The position numbers and the translations under genes are program-made. The notes beneath the pieces are model-generated. The model searched no databases and was not told the DNA's origin. It was given only the letters and a program-made list of their open reading frames with translations. Below are positions 39,901-51,191 of a stretch of DNA of 64,000 nt, one piece after another. Positions within the stretch are counted from its first letter, which is position 1; each line of letters starts with the position of its first letter. Origin of the DNA: a virus (lineage: Duplodnaviria > Caudoviricetes); the IMG/VR virus record IMGVR_UViG_3300003086_000115; one strand, 5' to 3'.

Positions 39901-42900
39901 TAGCAGTAACTGGTACAACTTCTATGTCAACTGCTTCAACAAGTGGTGCGGCTACGTTAAACAGTGCTTCTGTTACTAACAATGCTACAATTGGTGGTAC
40001 GTTAGCAGTAACAGGTGCTACAACAATGTCAACTGCTAAAGTAAGTGATTTAACAAGTGGACGTGTTGTTTTAGCAGGTACTGCAGGTGAAATTGAAGAC
40101 TCAGGAAACTTAACGTTTAGTGGTTCTGCATTAGCAGTAACTGGTTCTGCTTCAGTATCAAGTAATGCTACAATTGGTGGTACGTTAGCAGTAACAGGTG
40201 CTACAACTTTAGCAAGTACGTTAGGTGTTACAGGTGCAACTTCTATGTCAACTGCTTCAACAAGTGGTGCGGCTACGTTAAATAGTGCTGTTATTACTAA
40301 TAGTGCAACGATTGGTACTACACTAGCAGTAACAGGTACAAGTACACTAACAGGTGCTACTTCTGTTGCAGGATTATTAAGTCCAAATGGCGGTATTGAT
40401 GTTGATGGTGGTAACTTTACAGTTAGCGGTTCAAATGGTAACGTTGTTACTCTTGGTACACTAGCAGTAGCAGGTGCAAGTACATTAACTGGTAATACAA
40501 CTATGTCGGGTTCAGCAACAGTTGGAACTACATTAGGTGTTACAGGTGCTACTACGTTAAGTTCTACACTAGCAGTAGCAGGTGCAAGTACATTAACTGG
40601 TAATACTACAGTAGGTGGTACATTAGGTGTTACAGGTGCTACTACGTTAAGTTCTACACTAGCAGTAACTGGTGCAGTTACAGCAACTGGTGCAATGACA
40701 GTTAACAATGGTTCAAGTGCAACGGGTGACTTTATAGTAAACGGTGATTCACAGACTAAAACATTCTTTGTTGATGCTAGTACTGATTCTGTATTAATTG
40801 GTGGCGGTGCTGTAAATGCAAGCGCAATATTAACAGTTAACTCTACAGGTTCAATGATGTTACCAGCTGGTACAACTGGACAACGTCCAGGTTCACCAGG
40901 TGTAAGTGACGAAGGTTTATTCCGTTATAACACAACATTAGACTTACCAGAGTTTTGGAAGGGAACTAGTTGGGAGCAATTAGCAACTGACTTTACAGTT
41001 ATAGAATCTGAAACATTCACAGGTGATAATACTACAACTGCGTTTACATTACAAAGTGCGCAATCATCTGCTTCTGTAATTGTTAGTATCAACGGTATTA
41101 TACAGCTTCCAGTTGCGGCATACTCTGTATCAGGAGTTACACTAACATTTACTGAAGCTCCATTAGACAGTGATAAAATTGAAGTGCGTGAAATCACAAC
41201 TACAACAACAGTTACAGCGTTAGATAACGGTGATGGTTCAACTAACATTAGCCTAACAGCTTCAGCAATTGATGTCACTGGTAACATGGCTGTTGCAGGT
41301 AATATTGTTGCAAGTGGTTCAATTACTGCAAATGGTGACATAATATTTGGTGATGCGGCTACAGATAACATTACGTTTAATGCAGATGTTAACTCTGACA
41401 TTTTACCAAATGCTACTGGTACGTTTGACTTAGGTTCTTCTGCTAAAGAGTGGGATAAGTTATATGTTAATACAGTAACAGGTAATGTAACAGGTAATGT
41501 AACTGGTAACTTAACTGGTGATGTAACTGGTGATGTAACTGGTGCGTTAACTGGCAATGTAACTGGTGATGTAACTGGTGATGTAACTGGTGATGTAACT
41601 GGCACGTTATTTGGTAACGCATCTACTGCTACTACACTAGCAACAAGTCGTACAATTGCAATGAGCGGTGATGGTACTTGGAACTCGGGCGCATTTAATG
41701 GTTCGGGTAACGTAACAGCGGCAATGACACTAGCAAATAGTGGTGTATCGGCAGCAAGTTATGGTAGTGCAACAGCAATTCCAGTAATTACAGTTGATGC
41801 TAAAGGTCGTATTACAACAGCTACTACAGTAGCAGTTAGTTCTGATATGGGAATGGCAGGTGACAGTGGTACAGGTACAATTACAGTTGGTACAGATACA
41901 TTTACTATTGCTGGTGGTACAGGAATAGCAACAGCAGTATCTGGTGATACATTAACTATTACTGCAACTTCTGATCCTGTTATTACATTAGCTGGTGATT
42001 TAAGTGGTTCAGTTACTTTAACTAACTTAGGTAATGGTACATTGACTGCTACAGTTGCAGATGATTCACATAATCACGTAACAGGTAACATTGATGGTTT
42101 AGCTGAGTATATCAGCGATACAGCAGGTGCTATGTGGTCTGGTAACAGTGAGTCAGGTGTTTCAGTAACATACGTAGATGGTGACAATACCATGGACATT
42201 AATGTTAATGACCCTACAATCACACTAAGCGGTGATTTAACTGGTTCAGCTACAATGACTAACTTAGGTAACGTTACTATTTCAGCTACGGTTGCAGATG
42301 ATTCACATAACCATGTTATTGGTAATGTAGATGGTTTACAAGCGGCTTTAGATACTAAAGCTACTTTAGCAAGTCCTGCGTTAACTGGTGCTCCAACTGC
42401 TCCTACAGCGGCGTCTAATACTAACACAACACAGGTTGCAACAACTGCGTTTGTAATAACAGAAGTTACTGACTTAATTGGTGGTGCTCCAGGCACATTA
42501 GATACACTTAATGAGTTAGCGGCAGCAATTAATGATGATGCAAGTTATGCATCTACATTGACTACTGATTTAGCGACTAAAGTTGCTAAGACATCTAATC
42601 AAGCACTTGGCTCAGCGGCAAATGTAATGACTATTGCAGATCACACTATTACGTTAACACGTGGTGATGGTTCTACTGATACAGTTACAGTTCCTGATAA
42701 CAATACTACTTACTCAGTAGGCAACGGTGGATTAACGCAAGTTAACTTTACTACAGCAAGGTCAGCTTTAGTTGACAATGCAACTTCTGCTAATACAGCT
42801 AGTACAATTGTTAAGCGTGATGCTTCAGGTAACTTTAGTGCAGGTACTATTACTGCTACATGTACATCAGCAAGATACGCTGACTTAGCGGAAAATTACT

Positions 42901-43244
42901 CAGCAGACGCTGAATATGCTCCTGGTACAGTAGTTTGTTTTGGTGGTGATGCAGAAGTAACACAGTGTAATGAAGACGGTGATCGTAAGATTGCTGGTGT
43001 TGTTTCAACTGATCCTGCTTACTTAATGAACAATGAACTTGAAGGTACTAAAGCTACTGTCGCATTGACAGGACGTGTACCATGTATGGTAACTGGTTCA
43101 GTTAAGAAAGGTGACATGATGGTTAGTGCTGGTAATGGTAAGGCACGTGCCGAAGCAGATCCTAAGATGGGTTCTGTTATTGGTAAGGCATTAGAAGATT
43201 CAGAAGGCGATGCTACTATTGAAGTAGTTGTTGGTAGAATGTAA
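36993..43244 (+). CDS. Giant repetitive fibre gene (~2,080 codons) with a C-terminal YADLAE chaperone domain, interrupted by two frameshifts (track ORFs 36993-38279, 38501-39739, 39708-43244)
   Basis: The same GTLAVTGATT repeat family continues across both breaks (38266/38267 and ~39735-39738). Confidence 0.75.
37420..40700 (+). repeat. Dispersed coding repeats (GGTL(A/G)VTGATT, AKVSDLTSGRVVLAGTAGEIEDSGNLTF)
   Basis: Many near-identical nucleotide blocks, e.g. ttagcagtaacaggtgctacaac and gaagactcaggaaacttaacgttt (38059, 39485, 40095). Confidence 0.9.
41475..41603 (+). repeat. 12-nt tandem coding repeat (VTGN/VTGD, about 10 copies)
   Basis: gtaac(a/t)ggt(a/g)at units. Confidence 0.9.
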
Positions 43245-43263
43245 TCTTTTACTAAGCAATAAT

Positions 43264-43289
43264 AAAAGGGGGCTTCGGTCCCCTTTTTT
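43264..43289 (+). terminator. Intrinsic terminator with a cUUCGg loop
   Basis: aaaagggggc-ttcg-gtcccc followed by T-run. Confidence 0.88.
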
Positions 43290-43361
43290 ATTGACTAGAT
43301 ATTCAGAAAATTGTAACTAAATTGAAGGTAAATACGACAAATTATAAGGGGGTTTTTTAGG

Positions 43362-45737
43362 ATGGGATTAACACGACCTAGACTTGGGCAATTACAAACA
43401 AACATTACAGAAATTGATGATCCGTTAATTGTATTAAATAATGCAGAAACAGGTGCTAACGCTTCTGATATCGGATTTGTTTTTGAGCGCGGAACTAGTA
43501 CTAACGTTGCTTTAATATGGGACGAGAGTGCAGATGAGATTGTCTTTATTAATACTACAGAGACTGGCAGTACTGATGGTAATGTTACTATTAGTTCATA
43601 CGCTAATTTAAAAATTGGCGGTTTTATAGCAGATGGATTAACTTACCCGTCGTCTGATGGAACCAACGGACAATCTATGGTAACTGACGGTAATGGAAAT
43701 CTTAGTTTTAGTTCTGCGGCAGGTGTTGTTGATTGGGAATCAGACCAAGGTTCTACTAATATACATTCAGGAAACTACACTAATACTACGTATAGTGTTG
43801 GTGACGGTGGATTAACTCAACAGAACTTTACTACTGCTAACAACACAAAATTAGATGGCATTGAATCTAGTGCTGACGTAACTGATACTGCTAATGTAGT
43901 AGCATCTTTAACAGCAGGTACTAATGTATCTATCTCAGCAGGTGGTTCTATTAGCTCTACTGATACCAACACCACTTACTCTGTGGGAGATAGTGGACTA
44001 ACTCAAAAGAATTTCACATCTACCTTAAAGACCAAGCTAGACAGCATCGAAGCTAGTGCTACTGCTGACCAAACTAATGCAGAAATTAAAACAGCTTATG
44101 AAGCTAATGCTAATTCTAACGAATTTAGTGACGCTGAACAAACTAAGTTATCTGGTGTTGCTACTTCAGCTAACAACTATTCACATCCGGCTAATCACGC
44201 TATAAGTGTTATTACTGGATTACAGACAGCTTTAGATGCTAAGACAACTCCTGGGTATGTGGATACTAAAGTCTCTGACTTAGTAGACTCAGCTCCAGCT
44301 ACATTAAATACGCTAAATGAATTAGCTCTTGCTTTAGGTGATGACGCTAATCACGTTACTACAATGACTACCTTAATCGGTGGTAAGTTACCTTTAACTG
44401 GTGGTACGATAACGGGTAACCTAAACCTCGGTGATAACGTCAAGGCACAGTTTGGTGCTGGTAATGACTTACAGATATATCACGATGGTTCTAAAAGCAT
44501 TATAAGTGAGGTAGGCACAGGCGATTTAGAGGTGAATGTAACCAACTCTCTGAATGTGGTTGGTAGTGGCGGTAATAATATTGTTATGGAAGTCAGTTGC
44601 TCCTCTCAACCTGCCGCTTTTTTAACTCTTGCAGGAAATCAAACCACAACAAGCTCGTGTGGTTTGGGGGCAAATAGCTCTGACGAACTTTCATTATACT
44701 CAAACAGCACAGAAACATTAAAACTACATTCTACAGGTATTGATGTTACAGGTAATGTTACAGCTACAGAGTTTCATGGTGATGGTTCTAACTTAACAGG
44801 TTTAGATGCTGATACTTTAGATGGTTTAGATTCTACTAAGTTCTATAGAGAAGTTTCAACGTCTTCAGGCACAGTTGGCCCAGGCTGGATTACAGTAGCC
44901 CACTCAGAGAGTGCTAGACATAGTGGAGAAGTAATTGTTTCAGACTCTGAGAGTAGTGACCACGCTTTCATTCGTATTGACTGGATACGTAGTTATGCTG
45001 ACTCTGCTTTTACAGTTTTAAACTGTGGAGGGCATAGTAATAGGATACAACGTGTTAGAGTATTGAAGGAAACCGCTGATAATACTTATGGTTGGAAGAA
45101 ACTACAGGTTTATGTAAGTGTCTCGTCTAACTATAAAGTACAGATTATGGATATAGAGTCTACCTCAGGGTGGAGTGCTCACACTGTAGTTACTCCTGTT
45201 GTCCAAGACACTATCTCTGGTTATTCTCTGCACGGTAACGAGGTTGTAGACACGGCTAACTACAACTTCTCAGCTGAACAAGGTGTCTACTCAGGTGGAA
45301 ACATAAAAGCAGAAGGTTCGTTTATTGGCACAGCGACATCAGCACAGTACGCTGACTTAGCAGAGAACTATGTTTCAGATAGTACGTATTCAATAGGCAC
45401 AGTATTAATATTTGACGGAAGACAAGAAGTTACAGAATCAACTAGTAAAGCAGATAGACGACTTGCTGGTATTGTGTCTATGAAACCTGCTTACTTAATG
45501 AATAGCGAGTTAGATGCAAAGCATGTAGTAGCAATAGCACTACAAGGGCGTGTTCCTTGTAGAGTAACAGGTGTTACACATAAAGGTGACTTAATAATAT
45601 CAAGTGATACTCCGGGTGTAGCAATGGCATGGAACGAAGAGAAAGATCCACCGGCGGGCTCAATTATTGGTAAATCGTTAGTATCGAAGAATACAGAAGG
45701 AGAAGAAATGATTGAAGTAGCAGTGGGTATTAGATAG
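43362..45737 (+). CDS. Mosaic tail fibre / receptor-binding protein with a C-terminal YADLAE chaperone domain
   Basis: APATLNTLNELALALGDD fibre motif, FGAGNDLQIYHDG module, YADLAENY...PAYLMN...IALQGRVPC. Confidence 0.78.
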   Translation: MGLTRPRLGQLQTNITEIDDPLIVLNNAETGANASDIGFVFERGTSTNVALIWDESADEIVFINTTETGSTDGNVTISSYANLKIGGFIADGLTYPSSDGTNGQSMVTDGNGNLSFSSAAGVVDWESDQGSTNIHSGNYTNTTYSVGDGGLTQQNFTTANNTKLDGIESSADVTDTANVVASLTAGTNVSISAGGSISSTDTNTTYSVGDSGLTQKNFTSTLKTKLDSIEASATADQTNAEIKTAYEANANSNEFSDAEQTKLSGVATSANNYSHPANHAISVITGLQTALDAKTTPGYVDTKVSDLVDSAPATLNTLNELALALGDDANHVTTMTTLIGGKLPLTGGTITGNLNLGDNVKAQFGAGNDLQIYHDGSKSIISEVGTGDLEVNVTNSLNVVGSGGNNIVMEVSCSSQPAAFLTLAGNQTTTSSCGLGANSSDELSLYSNSTETLKLHSTGIDVTGNVTATEFHGDGSNLTGLDADTLDGLDSTKFYREVSTSSGTVGPGWITVAHSESARHSGEVIVSDSESSDHAFIRIDWIRSYADSAFTVLNCGGHSNRIQRVRVLKETADNTYGWKKLQVYVSVSSNYKVQIMDIESTSGWSAHTVVTPVVQDTISGYSLHGNEVVDTANYNFSAEQGVYSGGNIKAEGSFIGTATSAQYADLAENYVSDSTYSIGTVLIFDGRQEVTESTSKADRRLAGIVSMKPAYLMNSELDAKHVVAIALQGRVPCRVTGVTHKGDLIISSDTPGVAMAWNEEKDPPAGSIIGKSLVSKNTEGEEMIEVAVGIR

Positions 45738-46411
45738 TGCAAGTACCACAACGATATAGAGAAGATTATACTGGTGAGTTTGTCATTACTAATACTGTTT
45801 ATAAGCAAGGTAAAAAAGAACAAATTCGTGAATGGGTTGATAACCCTATTACTAATAAACATGTTAGTAATAGGGCCACGTGTATTGCAAACGGAGTAAG
45901 CATACAAAACTTTCTACTCGCCGCGTTAGAAGGACACAAAGGCGGACTACTTGGTAGTAAGAGCATGCAAGTCTACGGTGTACAGGACATGCACAAAAAA
46001 ATGAAATGTGATTTTCTTGTTGCTAAAGGACAAGAAGCATTAGACGAAGTCATAGAATCTGAATATTATAAAGATAACATAGTCTACACAACTGCACAGC
46101 ATTGTATTGCAAACCCTGATATGTTTTATCTGGTACCGCACAGTGTCAAAATGCTACCCCATGCAACTGCTTTATGGTTAGCGTGTTTTGACGGACACGA
46201 AGAGATATTTTTATTTGGATATGACCAATATACAAAAGATGGCACATATCAAGAAAAGATGGTGTACGGTGCTAATGCTGTTATGAAAGCATATTCTAGT
46301 GTAAAATTCTATCATGTTATAAAATTTGGAACTTCACCGGAACTCTGGAAACACTTGCCTAATATGCGAACAATAGATATACCAGAGTATGTATCTTATG
46401 CTGATGTATAA
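45737..46411 (+). CDS. Putative sialyltransferase/Maf (MptE)-like fold protein
   Basis: ATCIANGVS (GNGPS-like) and ALWLACFDGHEEIFLFGYD motifs. Confidence 0.45.
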   Translation: MQVPQRYREDYTGEFVITNTVYKQGKKEQIREWVDNPITNKHVSNRATCIANGVSIQNFLLAALEGHKGGLLGSKSMQVYGVQDMHKKMKCDFLVAKGQEALDEVIESEYYKDNIVYTTAQHCIANPDMFYLVPHSVKMLPHATALWLACFDGHEEIFLFGYDQYTKDGTYQEKMVYGANAVMKAYSSVKFYHVIKFGTSPELWKHLPNMRTIDIPEYVSYADV

Positions 46412-46842
46412 ATTTCTTCTACAGTCTTAATCCTTTGATATATTTCTTCAATCTTTAATGTAGCCCATAATCCTGGGTGTAAAGGCTTAGGAATTATACC
46501 CTTGTTGATCCAAGCATACCCGTGATGTTCATTGTTTAAATTTGGCGTGAATTCTTTGTTCAGTAAGCAGAAGAATGTATGATAATAGAAGCTATCGTTA
46601 GTGCCTGTGAATTTCTCAATAGGTATTAGTTTGGTGTGCTCGGGCATCCTACCCATCTCTTCTGTACATTCTCTTTCGATTGCATCAAATAGACTTTCCC
46701 CGCGCTCTACTTTACCACCTGGCAATCCCCAACAATCCTGATGCTTTTTATCGTTTCTTAGTAAGTAAAGGTAACGTTGTGTATCTTTAGCAAAGAACCA
46801 TACACCACACGCTTGTGGCGTATTCAAAGAACAAGACTCCAA
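46396..46842 (-). CDS. Nudix hydrolase
   Basis: Nudix box GGKVERGESLFDAIERECTEEMG. Confidence 0.9.
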   Translation of the reverse strand: MESCSLNTPQACGVWFFAKDTQRYLYLLRNDKKHQDCWGLPGGKVERGESLFDAIERECTEEMGRMPEHTKLIPIEKFTGTNDSFYYHTFFCLLNKEFTPNLNNEHHGYAWINKGIIPKPLHPGLWATLKIEEIYQRIKTVEEIYTSA

Positions 46843-48218
46843 TTACCGCCTTCATATAATCCTTCGTATGAGCGTAACCATTCTGTTCCTGTCCATCTGT
46901 ATTGTATAGCAGTTGTTATATTCGTAACATGTTCTACAATACTTGAAGTATTAGCATCAAATATAACATTCCAGTTACTACCATTGTATTCAATGATGTC
47001 ATTTACGTTTGCTGTTAAGTCTCCCCATGCATTAGCAAAGTCCGGAGTACTTGATCCTGTGCCTTCTGTTAGTAAGTAACGTTGTCCTGGACTAGCAATA
47101 GGGAATGTAGTTTTTCCTGACAATACACCTGGACCACTACGCAAAGGATTAACAATAGCATCGACTGCAGGTAGTGTATTTTCCGGTAAAGTGTCGGGAT
47201 CAATAGTAAACAACATAATGTTATCATCAGTTGGATGGAACGTTATAGTGCCTATAATTTCAGCGTTGTTAATGCCGTTATCTAGTCTAATTTGACTGAT
47301 CCCGTTCTCAACTACACCATACTCTTCTGTAATAGCATGCCATATTAATATACTGTCTTGAAAACTAATAGGATCAAATGAACTATCTTTAATATCTTCA
47401 ACAGCATTTTGATCTAATAACTGCAATTGATTACCTATTAGCAATAGTTGATATCCGTGCGGTGTGATTTTCATTCTAGTGCCGAGTAACAAGTCATCGC
47501 TGTTTAATGCATCAAATGCATCTAAGTTATCATTGTGTATACCGGCGATAATCTTGTGTATAACGCCCATTTTAAGGACTTTAGCAGGTAAGCTAAGCCA
47601 TATAGGCGTAGTGAACTCCATAGTAGCAACATCAATAGGATTGTCTGTACCTATCGGAATACTCCTAGAACTCCATGTAAGATTGTTTAGTTCTACTACG
47701 CTAAGACTTGTCCAATCTAAGTAGTTGTCTGTGCTTTGTATTTCTAACGACGGGTTAAATAACGGAGCGATTTGTTCAATTAGCTGTAGTTTTTGATTAG
47801 TGTTAGTTGTCCATATGTCAAGCGATAAGTTTAAGTTGTACGGAGAAGGCATTCTTCTCTCTACTGTAAATGCATTGCCTTGAGTAGTATCGTAAGTTTC
47901 AGTGGTTTCGTTGTATTCCCTTTGTCTTACTTGTACCTTGCCTACGAACTGTGGTTCTTGCACTCTATCTCTAGCATATTCTAACCCGCTAATATAAAAC
48001 GACATTAGCGGTGCTGATGGCATATTAGTTGCAGAGTTATTCTGTAATATGTTTTGTACTTGTCTAGATGAATCACCGTAGCGTATTGGCACTCTTAGTA
48101 ACGTAATATTACCGTCGTCATCGCGACCATACTCAACTTGGAAATTGCTAAACATTCTAGTGAACTGTAATAAGAATCGTCTTATTTGTTCGTCGTAATG
48201 GAATTGATTTAGTGCCAT
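46824..48218 (-). CDS. gp15: Tail terminator / sheath stabiliser (gp15-like) with a C-terminal extension
   Basis: FHYDEQIRRFLLQFTRMFSN, VPIRYG, PSPYNL, QLIEQIAPLFNP. Confidence 0.78.
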   Translation of the reverse strand: MALNQFHYDEQIRRFLLQFTRMFSNFQVEYGRDDDGNITLLRVPIRYGDSSRQVQNILQNNSATNMPSAPLMSFYISGLEYARDRVQEPQFVGKVQVRQREYNETTETYDTTQGNAFTVERRMPSPYNLNLSLDIWTTNTNQKLQLIEQIAPLFNPSLEIQSTDNYLDWTSLSVVELNNLTWSSRSIPIGTDNPIDVATMEFTTPIWLSLPAKVLKMGVIHKIIAGIHNDNLDAFDALNSDDLLLGTRMKITPHGYQLLLIGNQLQLLDQNAVEDIKDSSFDPISFQDSILIWHAITEEYGVVENGISQIRLDNGINNAEIIGTITFHPTDDNIMLFTIDPDTLPENTLPAVDAIVNPLRSGPGVLSGKTTFPIASPGQRYLLTEGTGSSTPDFANAWGDLTANVNDIIEYNGSNWNVIFDANTSSIVEHVTNITTAIQYRWTGTEWLRSYEGLYEGGNWSLVL

Positions 48219-48219
48219 A

Positions 48220-48633
48220 TTATAATCTTCTTATTGCCCTTACATAATTAACTGTTTCTTTGTCGTCGCTGTTTATTAAATGATCTGATGAGTGTAACCC
48301 AGATACAACAACAGCATGTTCAATTGGTCCTAATGTTCCGCTAACAACGTTAATAACATCCGACGACCAATAATGATAGCTTTTAACTTGACTATTAAAC
48401 GAAGCAGTATCGGTATTTAAAAAATTAAAAACATTACGGAATATAAATTGTAATTCTAACGATGTAGGTAGTACCCAGTCGTTTTCGATATTGTTTCTAT
48501 ATTCGGTTGCGGACGCAAATGATTCGTCCCATCTAACTCTGCTTGTGCTTACGTTCCCTAATGATATTATTAAGTTGTTAGTGCCGTTGTTACCAGCAAA
48601 CATACCACCGTCTTGTAGATCTCCTATAGCCAT
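48220..48633 (-). CDS. DUF1566 (Lcl-like) domain protein
   Basis: DWVLPTSLEL...YWSS...YVRAIR pattern. Confidence 0.65.
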   Translation of the reverse strand: MAIGDLQDGGMFAGNNGTNNLIISLGNVSTSRVRWDESFASATEYRNNIENDWVLPTSLELQFIFRNVFNFLNTDTASFNSQVKSYHYWSSDVINVVSGTLGPIEHAVVVSGLHSSDHLINSDDKETVNYVRAIRRL

Positions 48634-49919
48634 TAGTTATCCGCCGATGGTCTAAGTAAATCAGATAGTCCTTGCAGTGTAGGGATATCTCCTCTATCTT
48701 CTGTTTCGAATGTAGAATCATCATTAACAAATTCGTTACGTTGCGTTCTATTTTCCGAAGATAAGCTAAGATCAGTTCTTACACCATCTTCTATTTTAAT
48801 CCAGCGATTGCCGTTGTATCTAAATAATCTGTTAGGGAAATAGTCTAAGCGCAATACATATTCTCCCTCTACTGCATCGGGCGGAAATACTGTTCCTGGA
48901 GTAACTGGCAATCCGTTAGGCGGAACACCTTCTCCTGTTAAGTATCCTTTAAGCCAACCGGTTGCCTTCGGACTTTCTTTAGTTCTATCTGTTGTAACTG
49001 TGTTTAAATCAGTAGTGAGTACAGTACTATCTGTTGATAAGCCTGTACCGTCTAATGGTTTGCTAGTGTATTCGTCTTGTGCTTCGATGTAGAACTTGCT
49101 AACATCATACCCACTAAATGGCAATTCAGCAACTGCTTGCGCAAGAACAGCATCATTAATTTCTAAGTCTTTGTTGTGTGTAGTTAGTAAGTCGTTTAAC
49201 GTACCACCGGTAAATGCATCAACTGTGCAATCTGTAGCATCATCTACTGTTACATTTGTGCTGTTAGCAGTAACACATATATCAACATAATTGTCTAATG
49301 GATTAGCAAAGCCGTCTAGTATACCTTTGTATTCTTGACTTCCTACTAATGGTGTTGCTTTGATACGCCATAAGTGCGGACGCCAAGTTTGACTAAATCC
49401 CTCACTAGCATAAGCGGCATCTTGCACTACATATAATTTTGGCAGTGAAGTCGATATCGATTCATCTAACGGATGATAATCTCTTAAGTTAGGTACTTCT
49501 ATAACATCACCTGACATAATCTTACGTGTAAAGGTATCGATCATGTTGTTATAATGGAATGTAATGAATAATGTATCCTGCTGTAAGAATAGACCAAATT
49601 GACTTAAATCAAAGTCGATATCTTGTACATTATACACGCCGCGTATCTGATAGATGTCTGGGTCGTAATTTCTATCTCGGTTTTCTAATAAGAATAAATC
49701 TTCAATTGAGGTGACATCTGGGTCAGTACCGCCGGGTTGAGTAGCATCGAAGTTTTCATCTGTATTAGGAACAGTAGCATCACCTGTAGAAACAGGACCT
49801 AGATACTTATGTACTAGTATATCAAGCCCGCCAACAGTGTACATTTCAGATATAGTTTTATCTAAAAATTTGTAGTCGTTTGTAGCTCTATTGCCTTTCC
49901 AGAGACTTAATCTTGGCAT
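48633..49919 (-). CDS. gp14: Neck protein (gp14-like)
   Basis: IEDLFLLENRDRNYD, DLSQFGLF, GDVIEVP; upstream of gp15-like gene. Confidence 0.7.
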   Translation of the reverse strand: MPRLSLWKGNRATNDYKFLDKTISEMYTVGGLDILVHKYLGPVSTGDATVPNTDENFDATQPGGTDPDVTSIEDLFLLENRDRNYDPDIYQIRGVYNVQDIDFDLSQFGLFLQQDTLFITFHYNNMIDTFTRKIMSGDVIEVPNLRDYHPLDESISTSLPKLYVVQDAAYASEGFSQTWRPHLWRIKATPLVGSQEYKGILDGFANPLDNYVDICVTANSTNVTVDDATDCTVDAFTGGTLNDLLTTHNKDLEINDAVLAQAVAELPFSGYDVSKFYIEAQDEYTSKPLDGTGLSTDSTVLTTDLNTVTTDRTKESPKATGWLKGYLTGEGVPPNGLPVTPGTVFPPDAVEGEYVLRLDYFPNRLFRYNGNRWIKIEDGVRTDLSLSSENRTQRNEFVNDDSTFETEDRGDIPTLQGLSDLLRPSADN

Positions 49920-50033
49920 GTAACCTCAATATTTTTTCAGTTGTGTCTATATTTATGCGGTTTTCTTTATGATTTTTTTGTATAATGATCCTATCTAAGC
50001 ATAAAATACAGAAACGGAATAACTAATTAATAT

Positions 50034-51152
50034 ATGGTACGAGGAAAGACACTAGATCAAAAAGGAATGGGACGCGAACCTACATGGACTCCCGACACAC
50101 AGCCGTCTGATGAGTATCGCAGAATTACAAAAATAAAAGCATTTACTTGGTTTAATTATTTTCATAGTGCTAAGGATGCTAAAAGCATGATATATCTATA
50201 TTTAACAAAGCACAAACAGAACGACGATGCTAAGTTGATTAAGAAAGTATCTGATAATAGTATTAACAAGTCAAGCGCATGGCTAATGCAGATGTCATTA
50301 AACGGGTTTGAGTTAAACAAACAAGAAGAATCTGTTTTAGAAATAGATATTAGCAGACTTAAGGCACTTGCTGAGAAAGCAATCGAGCAAAAAGAAAAAG
50401 CAGTAAACAAGCCAAAGCCTAATGTACAAGAGATAATGAAGATGAAAGCAATGCTAGTAGGCGGTGACTTAGAAGCACTACTAGATGATTTCATTAAACT
50501 TGGCGCACCTGCAAAGCATAAAATAAAGCCAATAGGCACGTTAATGTTAAGCACTATGCTACCACAGCATGTTCCGTTGCTAATAGCGCCGTGGGAACAT
50601 GCAATAAAAGAGTACAAAGAATTACAGCTAGGTGAAGATAAGCAATTAGTTGAGGCGTATAGCCATTTAGGCAAGATACAAATACGACATATCATAGGAT
50701 TCTGTGAGTTAATCATACATGATTTAAACAGCTATGTAACATATAAGAAATCAACAAGAGCTAAACCTAAGAAAAAATCTATTCCTGTTGCTAAACAAGT
50801 AGCAAAGCTAAAATATTGTAAAGAGTTTAAAGATCTTGATCTTAAGAGTATACCACCTGTTAAGATACCAGAGTCTAAAGAGATGTTTGTATACGATATT
50901 AAGAAGCGCAAAATACACTATTACAAAGCAGATGAATTATCAGGCGGGCTAAGTGTTAAGAACAACACAATTGTTGGATTTAGCGCAGGCGAGACGTATG
51001 CAAAGACGCTAAGAAAACCAAAAGAACAGTTAAAAGAGATCACGAAAGCAAGTAAGCCTAATGTAAGAAAGTACATTAGTGATATTAAAGCAGTTGAGAC
51101 TAAACTATCAGGTAGATTTAGTCCTGATTTAGTCATACTAAGGATCCACTAA
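50034..51152 (+). CDS. Basic hypothetical protein
   Basis: 372-aa ORF; TATAAT at 49981 suggests a non-late promoter. Confidence 0.6.
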   Translation: MVRGKTLDQKGMGREPTWTPDTQPSDEYRRITKIKAFTWFNYFHSAKDAKSMIYLYLTKHKQNDDAKLIKKVSDNSINKSSAWLMQMSLNGFELNKQEESVLEIDISRLKALAEKAIEQKEKAVNKPKPNVQEIMKMKAMLVGGDLEALLDDFIKLGAPAKHKIKPIGTLMLSTMLPQHVPLLIAPWEHAIKEYKELQLGEDKQLVEAYSHLGKIQIRHIIGFCELIIHDLNSYVTYKKSTRAKPKKKSIPVAKQVAKLKYCKEFKDLDLKSIPPVKIPESKEMFVYDIKKRKIHYYKADELSGGLSVKNNTIVGFSAGETYAKTLRKPKEQLKEITKASKPNVRKYISDIKAVETKLSGRFSPDLVILRIH

Positions 51153-51191
51153 AAACATCATAAATACAAGACACGTTCAACAAGGTTTTGT

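Noticed and set aside
37420-40700. CRISPR-like or non-coding repeat array
   Set aside because: The repeats are in-frame coding units with no unique spacers, and no cas genes are present
48220-48633. Diversity-generating retroelement target (DUF1566 / C-type lectin-like fold)
   Set aside because: No reverse transcriptase or template repeat seen in this window; cannot be excluded elsewhere in the genome
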